Assembly: GCA_964499325.1 (NCBI GenBank)
Contig: CAZCKS010000002.1
Coordinates: 59-64,058 of the forward strand
Source: an uncultured Bacteroides sp.
GTDB lineage: Bacteria > Bacillota > Clostridia > Christensenellales > CAG-917
Reading direction: 5' to 3'
Length of the DNA stretch: 64,000 nt
Positions within the stretch are counted from its first letter, which is position 1. The number at the start of each line of letters is the position of its first letter. The position numbers and the translations under genes are program-made. The notes beneath the pieces are model-generated. The model worked only from the letters and a program-made list of their open reading frames with translations. It made no database searches and was not told where the DNA came from. This document shows, piece by piece, positions 1 through 8,956 of the stretch.

Positions 1-69
1 ACCGAATTTTCGGTGGTTTTCTTTACTAAAACGAAATTACTTTATAGCATTTCATTTCATTTTATTTTG

Positions 70-558
70 TTAAATTTTCTTAAACTCAAAATAATACTCA
101 ACGACGTCCCCTTGAGCAACCATTACCATATACCTTATCTCGTTCTTGCTTGACATTACCCACAAATACTTCGTGCTGTCATGATTCACATAATGCCACG
201 CCTCATGCGGATCGGCGGAAGCGTCGCGCTTTAATCCGTCAAAGATTATCTCTTTGTCCTCGACAGCGTCGGCAGTCACAATCAACTGGATTCTATAATA
301 TTTATTCTCTCTTTTAGGCGACTTGTCCTCAACTACGCTTATGCCGCCTGCTTGATTATACGTCGCCTCGTCTATTGCAGTTATCATCAATTTCGCCACC
401 GACAAATCCTCATCGTCGGCAAGATTTTTTTGCGAATAATACACGCCTTCTTCTATCGGATACCGCCCCGTTTGATTGCATGCAACAACGCCGATTGCCA
501 TACACAAGACAATCGCCACTACGCACACAACCTTGAATATCCTCTTGATTTTTGTCAT
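70..558 (-). CDS. hypothetical lipoprotein
   Basis: ATG at 558 gives MTKIKRIFKVVCVVAIVLCMAIGVVAC, a signal peptide with a lipobox-like VVAC. The ORF-track start at 618 is a TTG codon that overlaps the upstream gene. This is the last gene of the aro cluster on the minus strand. Confidence 0.55.
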   Translation of the reverse strand: MTKIKRIFKVVCVVAIVLCMAIGVVACNQTGRYPIEEGVYYSQKNLADDEDLSVAKLMITAIDEATYNQAGGISVVEDKSPKRENKYYRIQLIVTADAVEDKEIIFDGLKRDASADPHEAWHYVNHDSTKYLWVMSSKNEIRYMVMVAQGDVVEYYFEFKKI

Positions 559-569
559 TTGCTCAATGT

Positions 570-1598
570 TTATCTCAATTTCGCAAGTTCGTATATAAGT
601 TTTTCCGTCTTTTCCCAACCGAGGCAGGGGTCAGTAATGGACTTTCCGTACACACCGCCGTCACAAGATTGTGCGCCGTCCTCGATGTAAGACTCTATCA
701 TAAGCCCTTTTACGAGTTTGCGAATATCGCTTGAATGGCGAGTGCTGTGCATTATCTCTTTTGCAATACGAGGTTGCTCGTCATATTTTTTGGCAGAGTT
801 AGAGTGGTTTGTATCAACAATAACGGCAGGGTTTTCGAGGTCGGAATCCGCATACATGTGGCACAGTGTTTTTAAATCCTCATAGTGATAGTTCGGGATT
901 GTTTGTCCATATCTGTCCACCGAGCCTCGAAGTATTGCGTGCGTAAGGCTGTTACCCTTGCTGTTGACTTCCCAGCCCGAATAGACAAAGGTATGCGGAC
1001 GCTGTCCTGCGTGAATGGAGTTCATCATAACTGCCAAGTCTCCGCTGGTGGGGTTCTTCATTCCCACGGGTATATCCAATCCGCTTGCGGTAAGACGGTG
1101 AAATTGGTTTTCCACCGACCTTGCGCCCACCGCAACATAGGAAAGCACGTCGGATAGGTAAAAATGATTTTCGGGATAAAGCATTTCATCTGCGCAAGAA
1201 AATCCCGTTTCCGCAAGTGCTTTTATATGCAATTTGCGTATTGCGATAAGCCCCTTAAGCATATTCTCTTGCGAGTGCGGATCAGGTTGGTGTAGCATTC
1301 CCTTATATCCGTCGCCCGTTGTGCGTGGTTTGTTTGTGTAAATTCGAGGTATTATGACAATCTCGTCCTTCACGACGTTTTGCACTCTACGCAGTCTTGA
1401 GATATAATCGAGCACAGCGTCCTCTCTGTCTGCCGAACACGGACCTATAACCAAAACCAATCTATCGTCCTTGCCTTCAAAAACGTTTTTAAGCGTTTCG
1501 TCCGTTTGTTTTTTTAGCAATGCAAGATCATCATCCAATGGGTACATTGCTTTAATCTCTTGCAGTGTGGGCAGTTTTCTTTTAAATTCCATATTCAT
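570..1598 (-). CDS. aroG: 3-deoxy-7-phosphoheptulonate (DAHP) synthase, class I-alpha (AroF/G/H-like)
   Basis: The translation contains VIGPCS, NKPRTT and GARSVENQ. The layout is colinear with E. coli AroG-type enzymes. The start overlaps the tyrA stop (TAATG). Confidence 0.9.
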   Translation of the reverse strand: MNMEFKRKLPTLQEIKAMYPLDDDLALLKKQTDETLKNVFEGKDDRLVLVIGPCSADREDAVLDYISRLRRVQNVVKDEIVIIPRIYTNKPRTTGDGYKGMLHQPDPHSQENMLKGLIAIRKLHIKALAETGFSCADEMLYPENHFYLSDVLSYVAVGARSVENQFHRLTASGLDIPVGMKNPTSGDLAVMMNSIHAGQRPHTFVYSGWEVNSKGNSLTHAILRGSVDRYGQTIPNYHYEDLKTLCHMYADSDLENPAVIVDTNHSNSAKKYDEQPRIAKEIMHSTRHSSDIRKLVKGLMIESYIEDGAQSCDGGVYGKSITDPCLGWEKTEKLIYELAKLR

Positions 1599-2476
1599 TA
1601 TTTCTTCTCCTCTGCGTCTTTGTCGAATGCGCTTCGTCTTTGAGTGGACAATCTCATCATTTGTCGAATATTATCAATATTATCCTCTTTTATATCTTGT
1701 TTGAGCATATCGAAACGTTTTTCAAAAAGTTCCATTTGCGCTATCAACTGCTCTTTATTGGCAAGGAACAATTCGCTCCACATCTCGTCGTTGATTTTTG
1801 CTATACGAGTGAGGTCTCTAAATGAGTCTCCCGTATACTCCGCAAGATGCTCGTGGTCATCCTTGCACACCATAAGGGACACAGCAATGCAGTGCGTAAG
1901 GTGCGACAAAAATCCTACCGTCTCGTCATGCTTTTCAGGAGACAATTCACCAATCCTTTCAAAACCAAGTTCTCTACCAAGCGACTTGCACGCGTCTATC
2001 CCCTCTTGCGTATTCTTTTGCGTTGGAGTGACAATATAGTTTGCGCCCTTGAAGATGTCTGCGTTTGCATTGCGCACACCGCTCGTTTCTCTACCAGCCA
2101 TCGGGTGTGCTCCTACAAATTCCAAGTCCTCTCTCAACACGCTCTGCACTCTTTCTACAAGGCTTCCTTTTACGCCCGTAACGTCGGTGAGCAACGCTCC
2201 GCTCTTTATATAGGATTGATACTTCTCGATCCACTCGATAAGCACGTGCGGATAAAGTGCAAACACAATCAAATCATATTGTGACACAAAGTCATTATCA
2301 ACGCTTGTGCGCCCCTCGCTTATCCACCCCTTTTGCAAGGCAAAGTCAATGCTTTCTTCACAAGCGTCTATTGCGCCTATTTTATAGCCTTTTTTCGAGA
2401 GTGCCTGGGCATAACTACCGCCTATAAGTCCCAATCCTACAATCAATATTTTGCTGTTAGTATCAAATCTCATCAA
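1598..2476 (-). CDS. tyrA: prephenate dehydrogenase
   Basis: The N-terminus has the Rossmann motif ILIVGLGLIGGSYA and the region FVGAHPMAG is conserved. The gene sits inside the aro operon. Confidence 0.9.
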   Translation of the reverse strand: MMRFDTNSKILIVGLGLIGGSYAQALSKKGYKIGAIDACEESIDFALQKGWISEGRTSVDNDFVSQYDLIVFALYPHVLIEWIEKYQSYIKSGALLTDVTGVKGSLVERVQSVLREDLEFVGAHPMAGRETSGVRNANADIFKGANYIVTPTQKNTQEGIDACKSLGRELGFERIGELSPEKHDETVGFLSHLTHCIAVSLMVCKDDHEHLAEYTGDSFRDLTRIAKINDEMWSELFLANKEQLIAQMELFEKRFDMLKQDIKEDNIDNIRQMMRLSTQRRSAFDKDAEEKK

Positions 2477-3671
2477 TCTTCACTCCCAGTTTTTTCATAT
2501 CCTCAAAAAAGTGCGGATAACTCTTATTTACCGCTTCCGCCCCTTTTAACACACCGCCCGTTTTGCACAGCAAAACGGCGTTTGCCATAACAATCCTATG
2601 GTCCTTGTGTCCGTCTATCGGCTCGTCGGGATGTTGCAGTTTGTTTGCGCAAACAAGCACTTCATTGTCCAAAACACGCACGTTAACACCGTATTTTGCA
2701 AGTTCTTGCGCCATTGCACCGCCCCTGTCGCTTTCCTTAATTTTGAGCCGAGAAGTGCCGACAAAATGTCCTCCTTTCCTTGCGGATGCCACCGCAAAAA
2801 GCACGGGAGCAAGGTCGGGACAATCGGACAAGTCAAGCACTTGGTTGCCCATATCAAGGCTACAAAGCATCTTTTTAATTACCTTGTCGCCCTGTTTGCT
2901 ATTGTCATCGAGTCCTATAACTTTTACATCCTCTCCCATTGCTTGCATTGCAAGAAAAAACGCACCGTTAGACCAATCGCCCTCAACAAAATATTCTCCG
3001 CCTTTAAACGTACTGTTGCCCTTGATGGTAAATATGTTTTTGTCTATCTTCTCAACACTCACTCCGCATTTTTTCATAACGTCGAGGGTTATATCTATAT
3101 AACTTCTGCTTTCAACAGGCTCTGTTACAACAAGCCTGCTATCCCCCTCGACGACAGAGAGTGCAAACAAAAGCCCCGTGATATATTGACTGCTGACATT
3201 GCCCTTGATTGTATAATCTCCGCTGTGCAATTTGCCGTCAACCACTATTGTATCACTGCCTATATTAAGGTGTATACCGCATGCGTCAAACACGCTTTTA
3301 TACTCGCCTATACCACGACAAACAAGTCTCTCACTGCCCTTAAAAATCACGTTTTTTGCGCCGAGTGCAAGCGCAATGGGTAAGAAAAATCGCAAGGTAC
3401 TTCCGCTCTCTCTGCAATCGAAAACGATATTTTCAAGCGGTTTAAAATCGCATGGCGAAACCTTTGCAATATCTCCATCAAGCAAGACATCTGCCCCCAA
3501 CGCCTTTGCGCACGACAAAGTGGCGAGCATATCCTCGCTGGTAAAAATGCCGTGTATTACGCTATTTCCTCTTGCAAGAGCACTGGCAATCAACAGCCTG
3601 TGCGCAACGCTTTTTGAAGGCGGTGCAATCACGTTTCCGCTTGCGTTTGAGGGGGTAAATTTCAAGTCCAT
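2463..3671 (-). CDS. aroA: 3-phosphoshikimate 1-carboxyvinyltransferase (EPSP synthase)
   Basis: The translation contains PSKSVAHRLLIASALA and ESGSTLRF. It is 402 aa and overlaps tyrA by 14 nt. Confidence 0.93.
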   Translation of the reverse strand: MDLKFTPSNASGNVIAPPSKSVAHRLLIASALARGNSVIHGIFTSEDMLATLSCAKALGADVLLDGDIAKVSPCDFKPLENIVFDCRESGSTLRFFLPIALALGAKNVIFKGSERLVCRGIGEYKSVFDACGIHLNIGSDTIVVDGKLHSGDYTIKGNVSSQYITGLLFALSVVEGDSRLVVTEPVESRSYIDITLDVMKKCGVSVEKIDKNIFTIKGNSTFKGGEYFVEGDWSNGAFFLAMQAMGEDVKVIGLDDNSKQGDKVIKKMLCSLDMGNQVLDLSDCPDLAPVLFAVASARKGGHFVGTSRLKIKESDRGGAMAQELAKYGVNVRVLDNEVLVCANKLQHPDEPIDGHKDHRIVMANAVLLCKTGGVLKGAEAVNKSYPHFFEDMKKLGVKIDEI

Positions 3672-4108
3672 TATTTGCCTATTTTATCCTTTAATATATC
3701 CATCGCCTCAACGTATCCGTTTAGTCCGTGCCCCTTTATCGTCGCAAGCGCAACGTCTTTGACATAACTTATCTTGCGATATTCCTCTCTTTCGTCAACA
3801 TCGGAGATATGCACTTCGACAGTGGGGATTGCAACGCCCTTTATCGCGTCGGCAATGGCAACGCTTGTGTGCGTGTATCCTGCGGGATTTATAACGATAC
3901 CGTCAATCCCGTCAAAATACGCCTTCTGTATTTCGTCTATAATCGCGCCCTCGTGATTTGATTGGAAGAAACGTACTTCGACATCAATTTTCTCTGCGTG
4001 ATTTTGCACAATTTCCACAAGGTCGTTATACGTCTTTTTCCCATAAATATCAGGCTCTCTTATGCCGAGCATATTTATATTGGGACCGTTCAAAACCAGT
4101 ATTTTCAT
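3671..4108 (-). CDS. aroQ: type II 3-dehydroquinate dehydratase
   Basis: The N-terminus MKILVLNGPNINMLGIREPDIYG is typical of the family. It is 145 aa with a TAATG overlap with aroA. Confidence 0.95.
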   Translation of the reverse strand: MKILVLNGPNINMLGIREPDIYGKKTYNDLVEIVQNHAEKIDVEVRFFQSNHEGAIIDEIQKAYFDGIDGIVINPAGYTHTSVAIADAIKGVAIPTVEVHISDVDEREEYRKISYVKDVALATIKGHGLNGYVEAMDILKDKIGK

Positions 4109-5337
4109 ATTTTGCTCCTTATCTCTTTCAATGTATCGTCTATGTCTGCGTTGTTGCTTACTGCAACATCGGCACAGGCAGAATATATCGGATACCGCAC
4201 TTTATAAAGTTTTTCAAGCGACAACGTATCTTTTGACAACGGTCTGTCGTCTGTGGGAGTAAGTAGGCGAATATCTCTGTCCAAAAACAAAATTATTCCG
4301 TTGCTTTTAAGCATTGCCACGTTTTGTTCATCGAGCACTGTTCCACCGCCCGTGGCAATTATTGCGCCTCTCAATGTTGAAACCTCTTTTACGACGTCTT
4401 TCTCTATTTTTCTAAACTCTTTTTCGCCGAATTTTGCAAATATTTGCGGTATTTTAAGTCCCGTCTTGATTCCTATTTGCTCATCGGTGTCCACGTATTG
4501 CTTGTTTAACTCTCTTGCGAGCATTTTGCCCACAGTGCTTTTGCCCGACGATGGCATACCTATAAGCACGACATTTCGCTTATCTTGGAGAATTTTGTCG
4601 AACACATTGTCGATTTGAGATATTTCGACCTTTTTCGACATAAAGAGTGCGCTTGCATACACCGCTTGTGCAACGAGCATATAAAGTCCTCCACATGCCT
4701 TTATTCCAAGCGTTTCCGCCTCCAAAACGAGCCTTGTGCGCAACGGGTTGTAAATCGCATCGACAACCGCCTCACATTTAACGAATTTCGACAAATTTAT
4801 GGGGCATTCGTCAACATTCGGATACATCCCCGACGGAGTCGTGTTGACGATTATTTGTGCGTCAACATGTTTTTCATACGCCTCTTCATACGTCACCGCA
4901 CCGCCCTTACCGCTCCTGGACACCTTGATTATTTCGCTTGCTCCGAGGCTTTTCAGCACTGCGTTTGCGGTATTGCTTGTTCCGCCCGTACCGAGAATAA
5001 GTGCCTTTTTGCCTTCTGCAATTATGCCGTTTTTCACAAACAGTGCGCGCATTCCGTCAAAATCCGTATTATATCCGCAAAGCACGCCGTCCTTATTCAC
5101 GATAGTATTTACCGCACCGATTGCACGCGCACTCTCGTCCACCTTGTCAAGATACGGTATGACCGTCTGTTTGTAAGGTATCGTAACGTTTATTCCCTTA
5201 AACTCTCTATCTTTCAAGAACGTGCAAACATCGCCCTCGTCAAGTTCTTTCAACTCATACTCATAAGGGGCAATAAGTGCATGTATTTCTTTGGAATAAC
5301 TGTGTCCCAAAGGTTTTCCGATAAGTCCGTATTTCAT
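4105..5337 (-). CDS. aroE: fused shikimate dehydrogenase / shikimate kinase
   Basis: The N-terminal half has the AroE motif GLIGKPLGHSYS. The C-terminal 170 aa have the shikimate-kinase Walker A VVLIGMPSSGKSTVGKMLA. The ORF-track start at 5343 is TTG, and the first ATG is at 5337. Confidence 0.88.
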   Translation of the reverse strand: MKYGLIGKPLGHSYSKEIHALIAPYEYELKELDEGDVCTFLKDREFKGINVTIPYKQTVIPYLDKVDESARAIGAVNTIVNKDGVLCGYNTDFDGMRALFVKNGIIAEGKKALILGTGGTSNTANAVLKSLGASEIIKVSRSGKGGAVTYEEAYEKHVDAQIIVNTTPSGMYPNVDECPINLSKFVKCEAVVDAIYNPLRTRLVLEAETLGIKACGGLYMLVAQAVYASALFMSKKVEISQIDNVFDKILQDKRNVVLIGMPSSGKSTVGKMLARELNKQYVDTDEQIGIKTGLKIPQIFAKFGEKEFRKIEKDVVKEVSTLRGAIIATGGGTVLDEQNVAMLKSNGIILFLDRDIRLLTPTDDRPLSKDTLSLEKLYKVRYPIYSACADVAVSNNADIDDTLKEIRSKI

Positions 5338-5468
5338 TTGCAACTTGTTAAATTATGCCTTATTTATCGGCGTTTTTGTTTTGCCGTTATATTGCGTTTT
5401 TATTGTGTTTTTATCACGTTTTTATTGCACATTTTCTTGCGCTGTTCCGCAAAATTATGCGAACCGTT

Positions 5469-6566
5469 TTAGTCTTTTATTCCGTTTACAAACACATCCG
5501 TGCCATATCTTTGCGCAAGCATATCGCACACGCAAAGCGCGCCCACCGCATTTATCACAGGGCAAATACGGCGCACGATTGCAGGGTCGTGTCTGCCCTT
5601 GATTTGCAATTTTATCTCTTCGTTTTTCAAGAAATTTACGCTCGCTTGCTCTTTATAAATTGACGGAGTGGGCTTGATTGCGCACTTGAACACCACAGGC
5701 ATTCCGTTGGTTATTCCGCCGTTAATACCTCCGTTGTTGTTAGTCTTTGTATAGACATTTTCTCCGTCAGTATAGAAGCAGTCGTTTGCCTCGCTTCCGC
5801 GCATTTTGCTCATTGCAAAACCTTCGCCAAACTCAACGCCCTTTATTCCGCCTATGCCGAAAAGCGCATGCGACAAGACGCTTTCAACGCTGTCAAAGAA
5901 AGGCTCGCCCACTCCCGACGGAATACCCACGATTGCCGTTTGCGTAATGCCACCGACACTGTCGCCGTCCTCTGCGGCACGTGCGATTTGCTCTTTCATC
6001 TGCGCTCCACGCTCCTCGTCAATTGTCGGGAATTTGTCGCAATCAAGACTTAAAACCTCGTTTTGTATATCATTAAACGGCAAATCTTGCACATTTGCAC
6101 ATTCCAGGATATGCGTGCCGACGTTTATACCAAGCCCTTTTAGAGCGTCTTGAAGTATTGCACCCACAGCAACTATGCCGGCAGTGACACGTCCCGAAAA
6201 GTGCCCTCCGCCTCTATAATCCTCAAAGCCGTGATACTTGCAATATGCGCTGAAATCGGCGTGAGAAGGTCTTGCCTCGCCGTACACATAATCACCGCTT
6301 TTTGTATTTTCGTTGGGTATGATTATGCAAATCGGCGTACCCGTCGTCTTGCCGTTGAACACACCGCTGACAATCTTGAAATTGTCATTTTCACGTCTTG
6401 CGGTATCGATTTTTTCCTTGGGCGCGCGACGAGAAAGAGCGTTTATAATGCTCTGCTCATTGACGTCAAGTCCTGCGCACAAGCCATCCAAAACGGCTCC
6501 CACACACTCTCCGTGGCTCTCACCGAAAACGGTGAGAGTAATGCTGTTTCCAAAAGTGTTTTTCAT
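5469..6566 (-). CDS. aroC: chorismate synthase
   Basis: The translation contains FGNSITLTVFGESHG and GRHDPAIV. It is 365 aa. Confidence 0.95.
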   Translation of the reverse strand: MKNTFGNSITLTVFGESHGECVGAVLDGLCAGLDVNEQSIINALSRRAPKEKIDTARRENDNFKIVSGVFNGKTTGTPICIIIPNENTKSGDYVYGEARPSHADFSAYCKYHGFEDYRGGGHFSGRVTAGIVAVGAILQDALKGLGINVGTHILECANVQDLPFNDIQNEVLSLDCDKFPTIDEERGAQMKEQIARAAEDGDSVGGITQTAIVGIPSGVGEPFFDSVESVLSHALFGIGGIKGVEFGEGFAMSKMRGSEANDCFYTDGENVYTKTNNNGGINGGITNGMPVVFKCAIKPTPSIYKEQASVNFLKNEEIKLQIKGRHDPAIVRRICPVINAVGALCVCDMLAQRYGTDVFVNGIKD

Positions 6567-7573
6567 AATTTTTCCACCTTTTCGAGAATTTGCTCCGCGT
6601 TGAGATTTTCAAATTGAAAACTGCCGATTTTATCCACCGTTACAACGCTTATTTTATCCTTGTCTGCCTTTTTATCGTGGACGATATATTGTCCCAGTTC
6701 TTCCTTATCAAATGTGTATCGCGTATCGATTTTGCACTTATCAAAAAGGCTACGCACTCTCTCGCGCACGCTCGGCTCGCACATCGGAAGCATGCCGATT
6801 GCAACGCATTCTCCGTGCAAAAGGGCACCGTTCTCTTTTGCCTCTATCGCATGTCCTATCGTATGCCCGAAATTCAGCACTTTGCGAAGTCCGCACTCTC
6901 TTTCATCTTGCTCGACAACGCTCTTTTTTATCGTTAGCGATTTTTGCACGATAGACTGTATGTCCTCTTTCAAATCTGCGGAATTTTCTATCAATTCAAA
7001 CAATTCCGCATCGCAGGTGCATGCCATTTTAATTGCCTCGACAAGCCCTTCTTTGAATATTCTCTCGTCAAGCGTAGAGAGTACATCAACGTCAACAACA
7101 ACTTTCTTTGGCTGATAGAATGCGCCGACGATGTTCTTTACACCTTCAAAGTCTATTGCGGTTTTTCCACCGATAGAGGAGTCAACCTGTGCAAGCAATG
7201 TAGTAGGCACGTTGTAAAAATCCACACCTCGCATATAGCAAGACGCAACAAAGCCGGACAAATCCCCCACAACACCGCCACCGACGGCAACTACGCAATC
7301 TTTTCTTGAAAAAGAATTGTCAAGCATAAGCGACAACAGTGCCTTAAAATTGTCAAAATTCTTGCTGTTTTCGCCTTGTTTAAGCACGCAAAGTAATCCT
7401 TCTTTGCACTGTGAAAGGACTTTTTGCGCATACTCGCTCGGCACGCCGTCATCAGTGACGACAAGCACCTTACGATTGAGGTCGAGATATTCGCCGATGT
7501 TGTTAAGCGCGCCTTTTTCAATCACGACGTCATAGGTTGAAGTTGCATGTTTTATGGGTAAAATCATAGTCAT
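6563..7573 (-). CDS. aroB: 3-dehydroquinate synthase
   Basis: The translation contains VAVGGGVVGDLSGFVAS and GHTIGHAIE. The start was trimmed to the ATG at 7573, which overlaps the pheA stop (ATGA). Confidence 0.92.
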   Translation of the reverse strand: MTMILPIKHATSTYDVVIEKGALNNIGEYLDLNRKVLVVTDDGVPSEYAQKVLSQCKEGLLCVLKQGENSKNFDNFKALLSLMLDNSFSRKDCVVAVGGGVVGDLSGFVASCYMRGVDFYNVPTTLLAQVDSSIGGKTAIDFEGVKNIVGAFYQPKKVVVDVDVLSTLDERIFKEGLVEAIKMACTCDAELFELIENSADLKEDIQSIVQKSLTIKKSVVEQDERECGLRKVLNFGHTIGHAIEAKENGALLHGECVAIGMLPMCEPSVRERVRSLFDKCKIDTRYTFDKEELGQYIVHDKKADKDKISVVTVDKIGSFQFENLNAEQILEKVEKL

Positions 7574-8673
7574 TTCTCCGCATTGTCTTGGAAATAACTT
7601 CCTACCATTTTGAGTTTTGCGCATATTGCGGAAAGTTCTTGCAGAAGGTCTTTTCCGTTTTGCGTATGCACGTTGCCCTCTGCCTCAATATAGAAATAGT
7701 AGTTCCACTGCAAATCTTTCATAGGACGAGAGCGCAAGGAGCGCATATTAAAATTGTGCGCACCGATTATATTTAGTGCACTTGCAAGTGCGCCGGATTC
7801 GTTCTGCACCGTGAAAACCAAAATGAAATTTTCACCGTCCCTCTTTGTCAAATTAGCAGGCTTGCTCGCCACTCTTGAGAAAGACGCAAATCTTGTCGTA
7901 TTGTTCTTTGCGTCGTTGATTTGAGCGTCGATTATTTCAAGCCCGAAAATGTTTGCCGTCTCGTCGGAGGCGATTGCTCCTATAGTGACATCGCCTGCAT
8001 TTTTGACATACTCCGCAGCAAGCGCAGTGTTGGAGTACGCTCTTGTCTCATATCCCTTTTCTCTCAAATATTCTCCGCATTGCGCAAGTGCTTGCGGATG
8101 GCTTACGACAGTTTTAATACTCTCGGCACTCGCCCTTGCCACGCCTATAAGATTGTGCTCGATAGGCACTTCGATAACTTGATTTATGTGCAAACTGCCG
8201 TTGAAGGTAAGGTCCATAACCTCGCCCACTTCGCCTGCATAACTGTTTTCGAGCGGAAGAACGGCACAGTCATACAGTCCCTTCTCAACGCCCTCATAAG
8301 CCTCTTGGAATGTGGAGCAGGCAATATATTCCGCCTCGGGGAACATTCTCTTTGCCGCAATATACGCAAATGCCCCCGCTATGCCCGAATACGCTACCCT
8401 CATCTTGCGCAACATCGACGATTGATAAGCGCACGACACCTCTATTGCGCTCTTGACAAAATCCTGATAATAGGGTTGAATTTGCGCGTCCTTGATATAC
8501 TCGGAGTTTTTCTTTATCACTTCCGCCTCACGCACTTCGTCACGCACGGAAAGCCCGTTTTCTTTCTTGTACAGGGCAATGTCTTTGCACACTTCCATTC
8601 TCTTTTCAAACAGGAGTGCCATCTGCTTATCGATTTCGTTGATTTCCTTTCTTGACAAAACAATGTCTTTCAT
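7570..8673 (-). CDS. pheA: bifunctional chorismate mutase / prephenate dehydratase (P-protein)
   Basis: An N-terminal chorismate-mutase helix region (EINEIDKQMALLFEKRMEV) is followed by a PDT domain (MRVAYSGIAGAFAY, NNTTRFA) and an ACT-like C-terminus. The ATG at 8673 has an AAGAGG SD 6 nt upstream. Confidence 0.9.
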   Translation of the reverse strand: MKDIVLSRKEINEIDKQMALLFEKRMEVCKDIALYKKENGLSVRDEVREAEVIKKNSEYIKDAQIQPYYQDFVKSAIEVSCAYQSSMLRKMRVAYSGIAGAFAYIAAKRMFPEAEYIACSTFQEAYEGVEKGLYDCAVLPLENSYAGEVGEVMDLTFNGSLHINQVIEVPIEHNLIGVARASAESIKTVVSHPQALAQCGEYLREKGYETRAYSNTALAAEYVKNAGDVTIGAIASDETANIFGLEIIDAQINDAKNNTTRFASFSRVASKPANLTKRDGENFILVFTVQNESGALASALNIIGAHNFNMRSLRSRPMKDLQWNYYFYIEAEGNVHTQNGKDLLQELSAICAKLKMVGSYFQDNAEK

Positions 8674-8806
8674 ACGTACCTCTTTGCTTCCATTATAATC
8701 AAAATTGATTATAAATCCACATATTTTGCACAAATCGTCTGCTTTTTGCACAGATTTATATATATTTTATTGAAAATCTAAGATTTTCAAGCGGTTTTTG
8801 GCTATT

Positions 8807-8832
8807 AAAAAAGCGATTCGCAAAGGAATCGC
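8807..8832 (-). terminator. intrinsic terminator (attenuator) in the aro operon leader
   Basis: On the minus strand the stem GCGATTC / GAATCGC has a 6-nt loop and is followed by U6 (plus-strand A-run 8807-8812). It lies between a consensus promoter and the pheA start. Confidence 0.7.
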
Positions 8833-8859
8833 TCATTTTTGTCGGTATAGACAAAATGC

Positions 8860-8925
8860 TCAACTTCCTTTGCGGAGTGAGTTAGAGCCAAAATAAAAAT
8901 AAAAGTAATCGCGTGCAAACATCAT
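8860..8925 (-). CDS. putative Tyr/Phe-rich leader peptide MMFARDYFYFYFGSNSLRKGS
   Basis: This 21-codon ORF is below the ORF-track threshold. A GGGG SD (8933-8936) lies 7 nt before the ATG. Six consecutive aromatic codons TAC TTT TAT TTT TAT TTT occupy 8890-8907. The ORF lies upstream of the terminator and the aromatic operon. Confidence 0.55.
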   Translation of the reverse strand: MMFARDYFYFYFGSNSLRKGS

Positions 8926-8956
8926 TTTTGCGCCCCTTGTTACATTTTATATTAAA

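Noticed and set aside
1-14. A hairpin ACCGAA-TT-TTCGGT lies at the extreme left edge, and could be the terminator of the lipoprotein gene.
   Set aside because: It is truncated by the window boundary, so the flanking U-tract cannot be evaluated.
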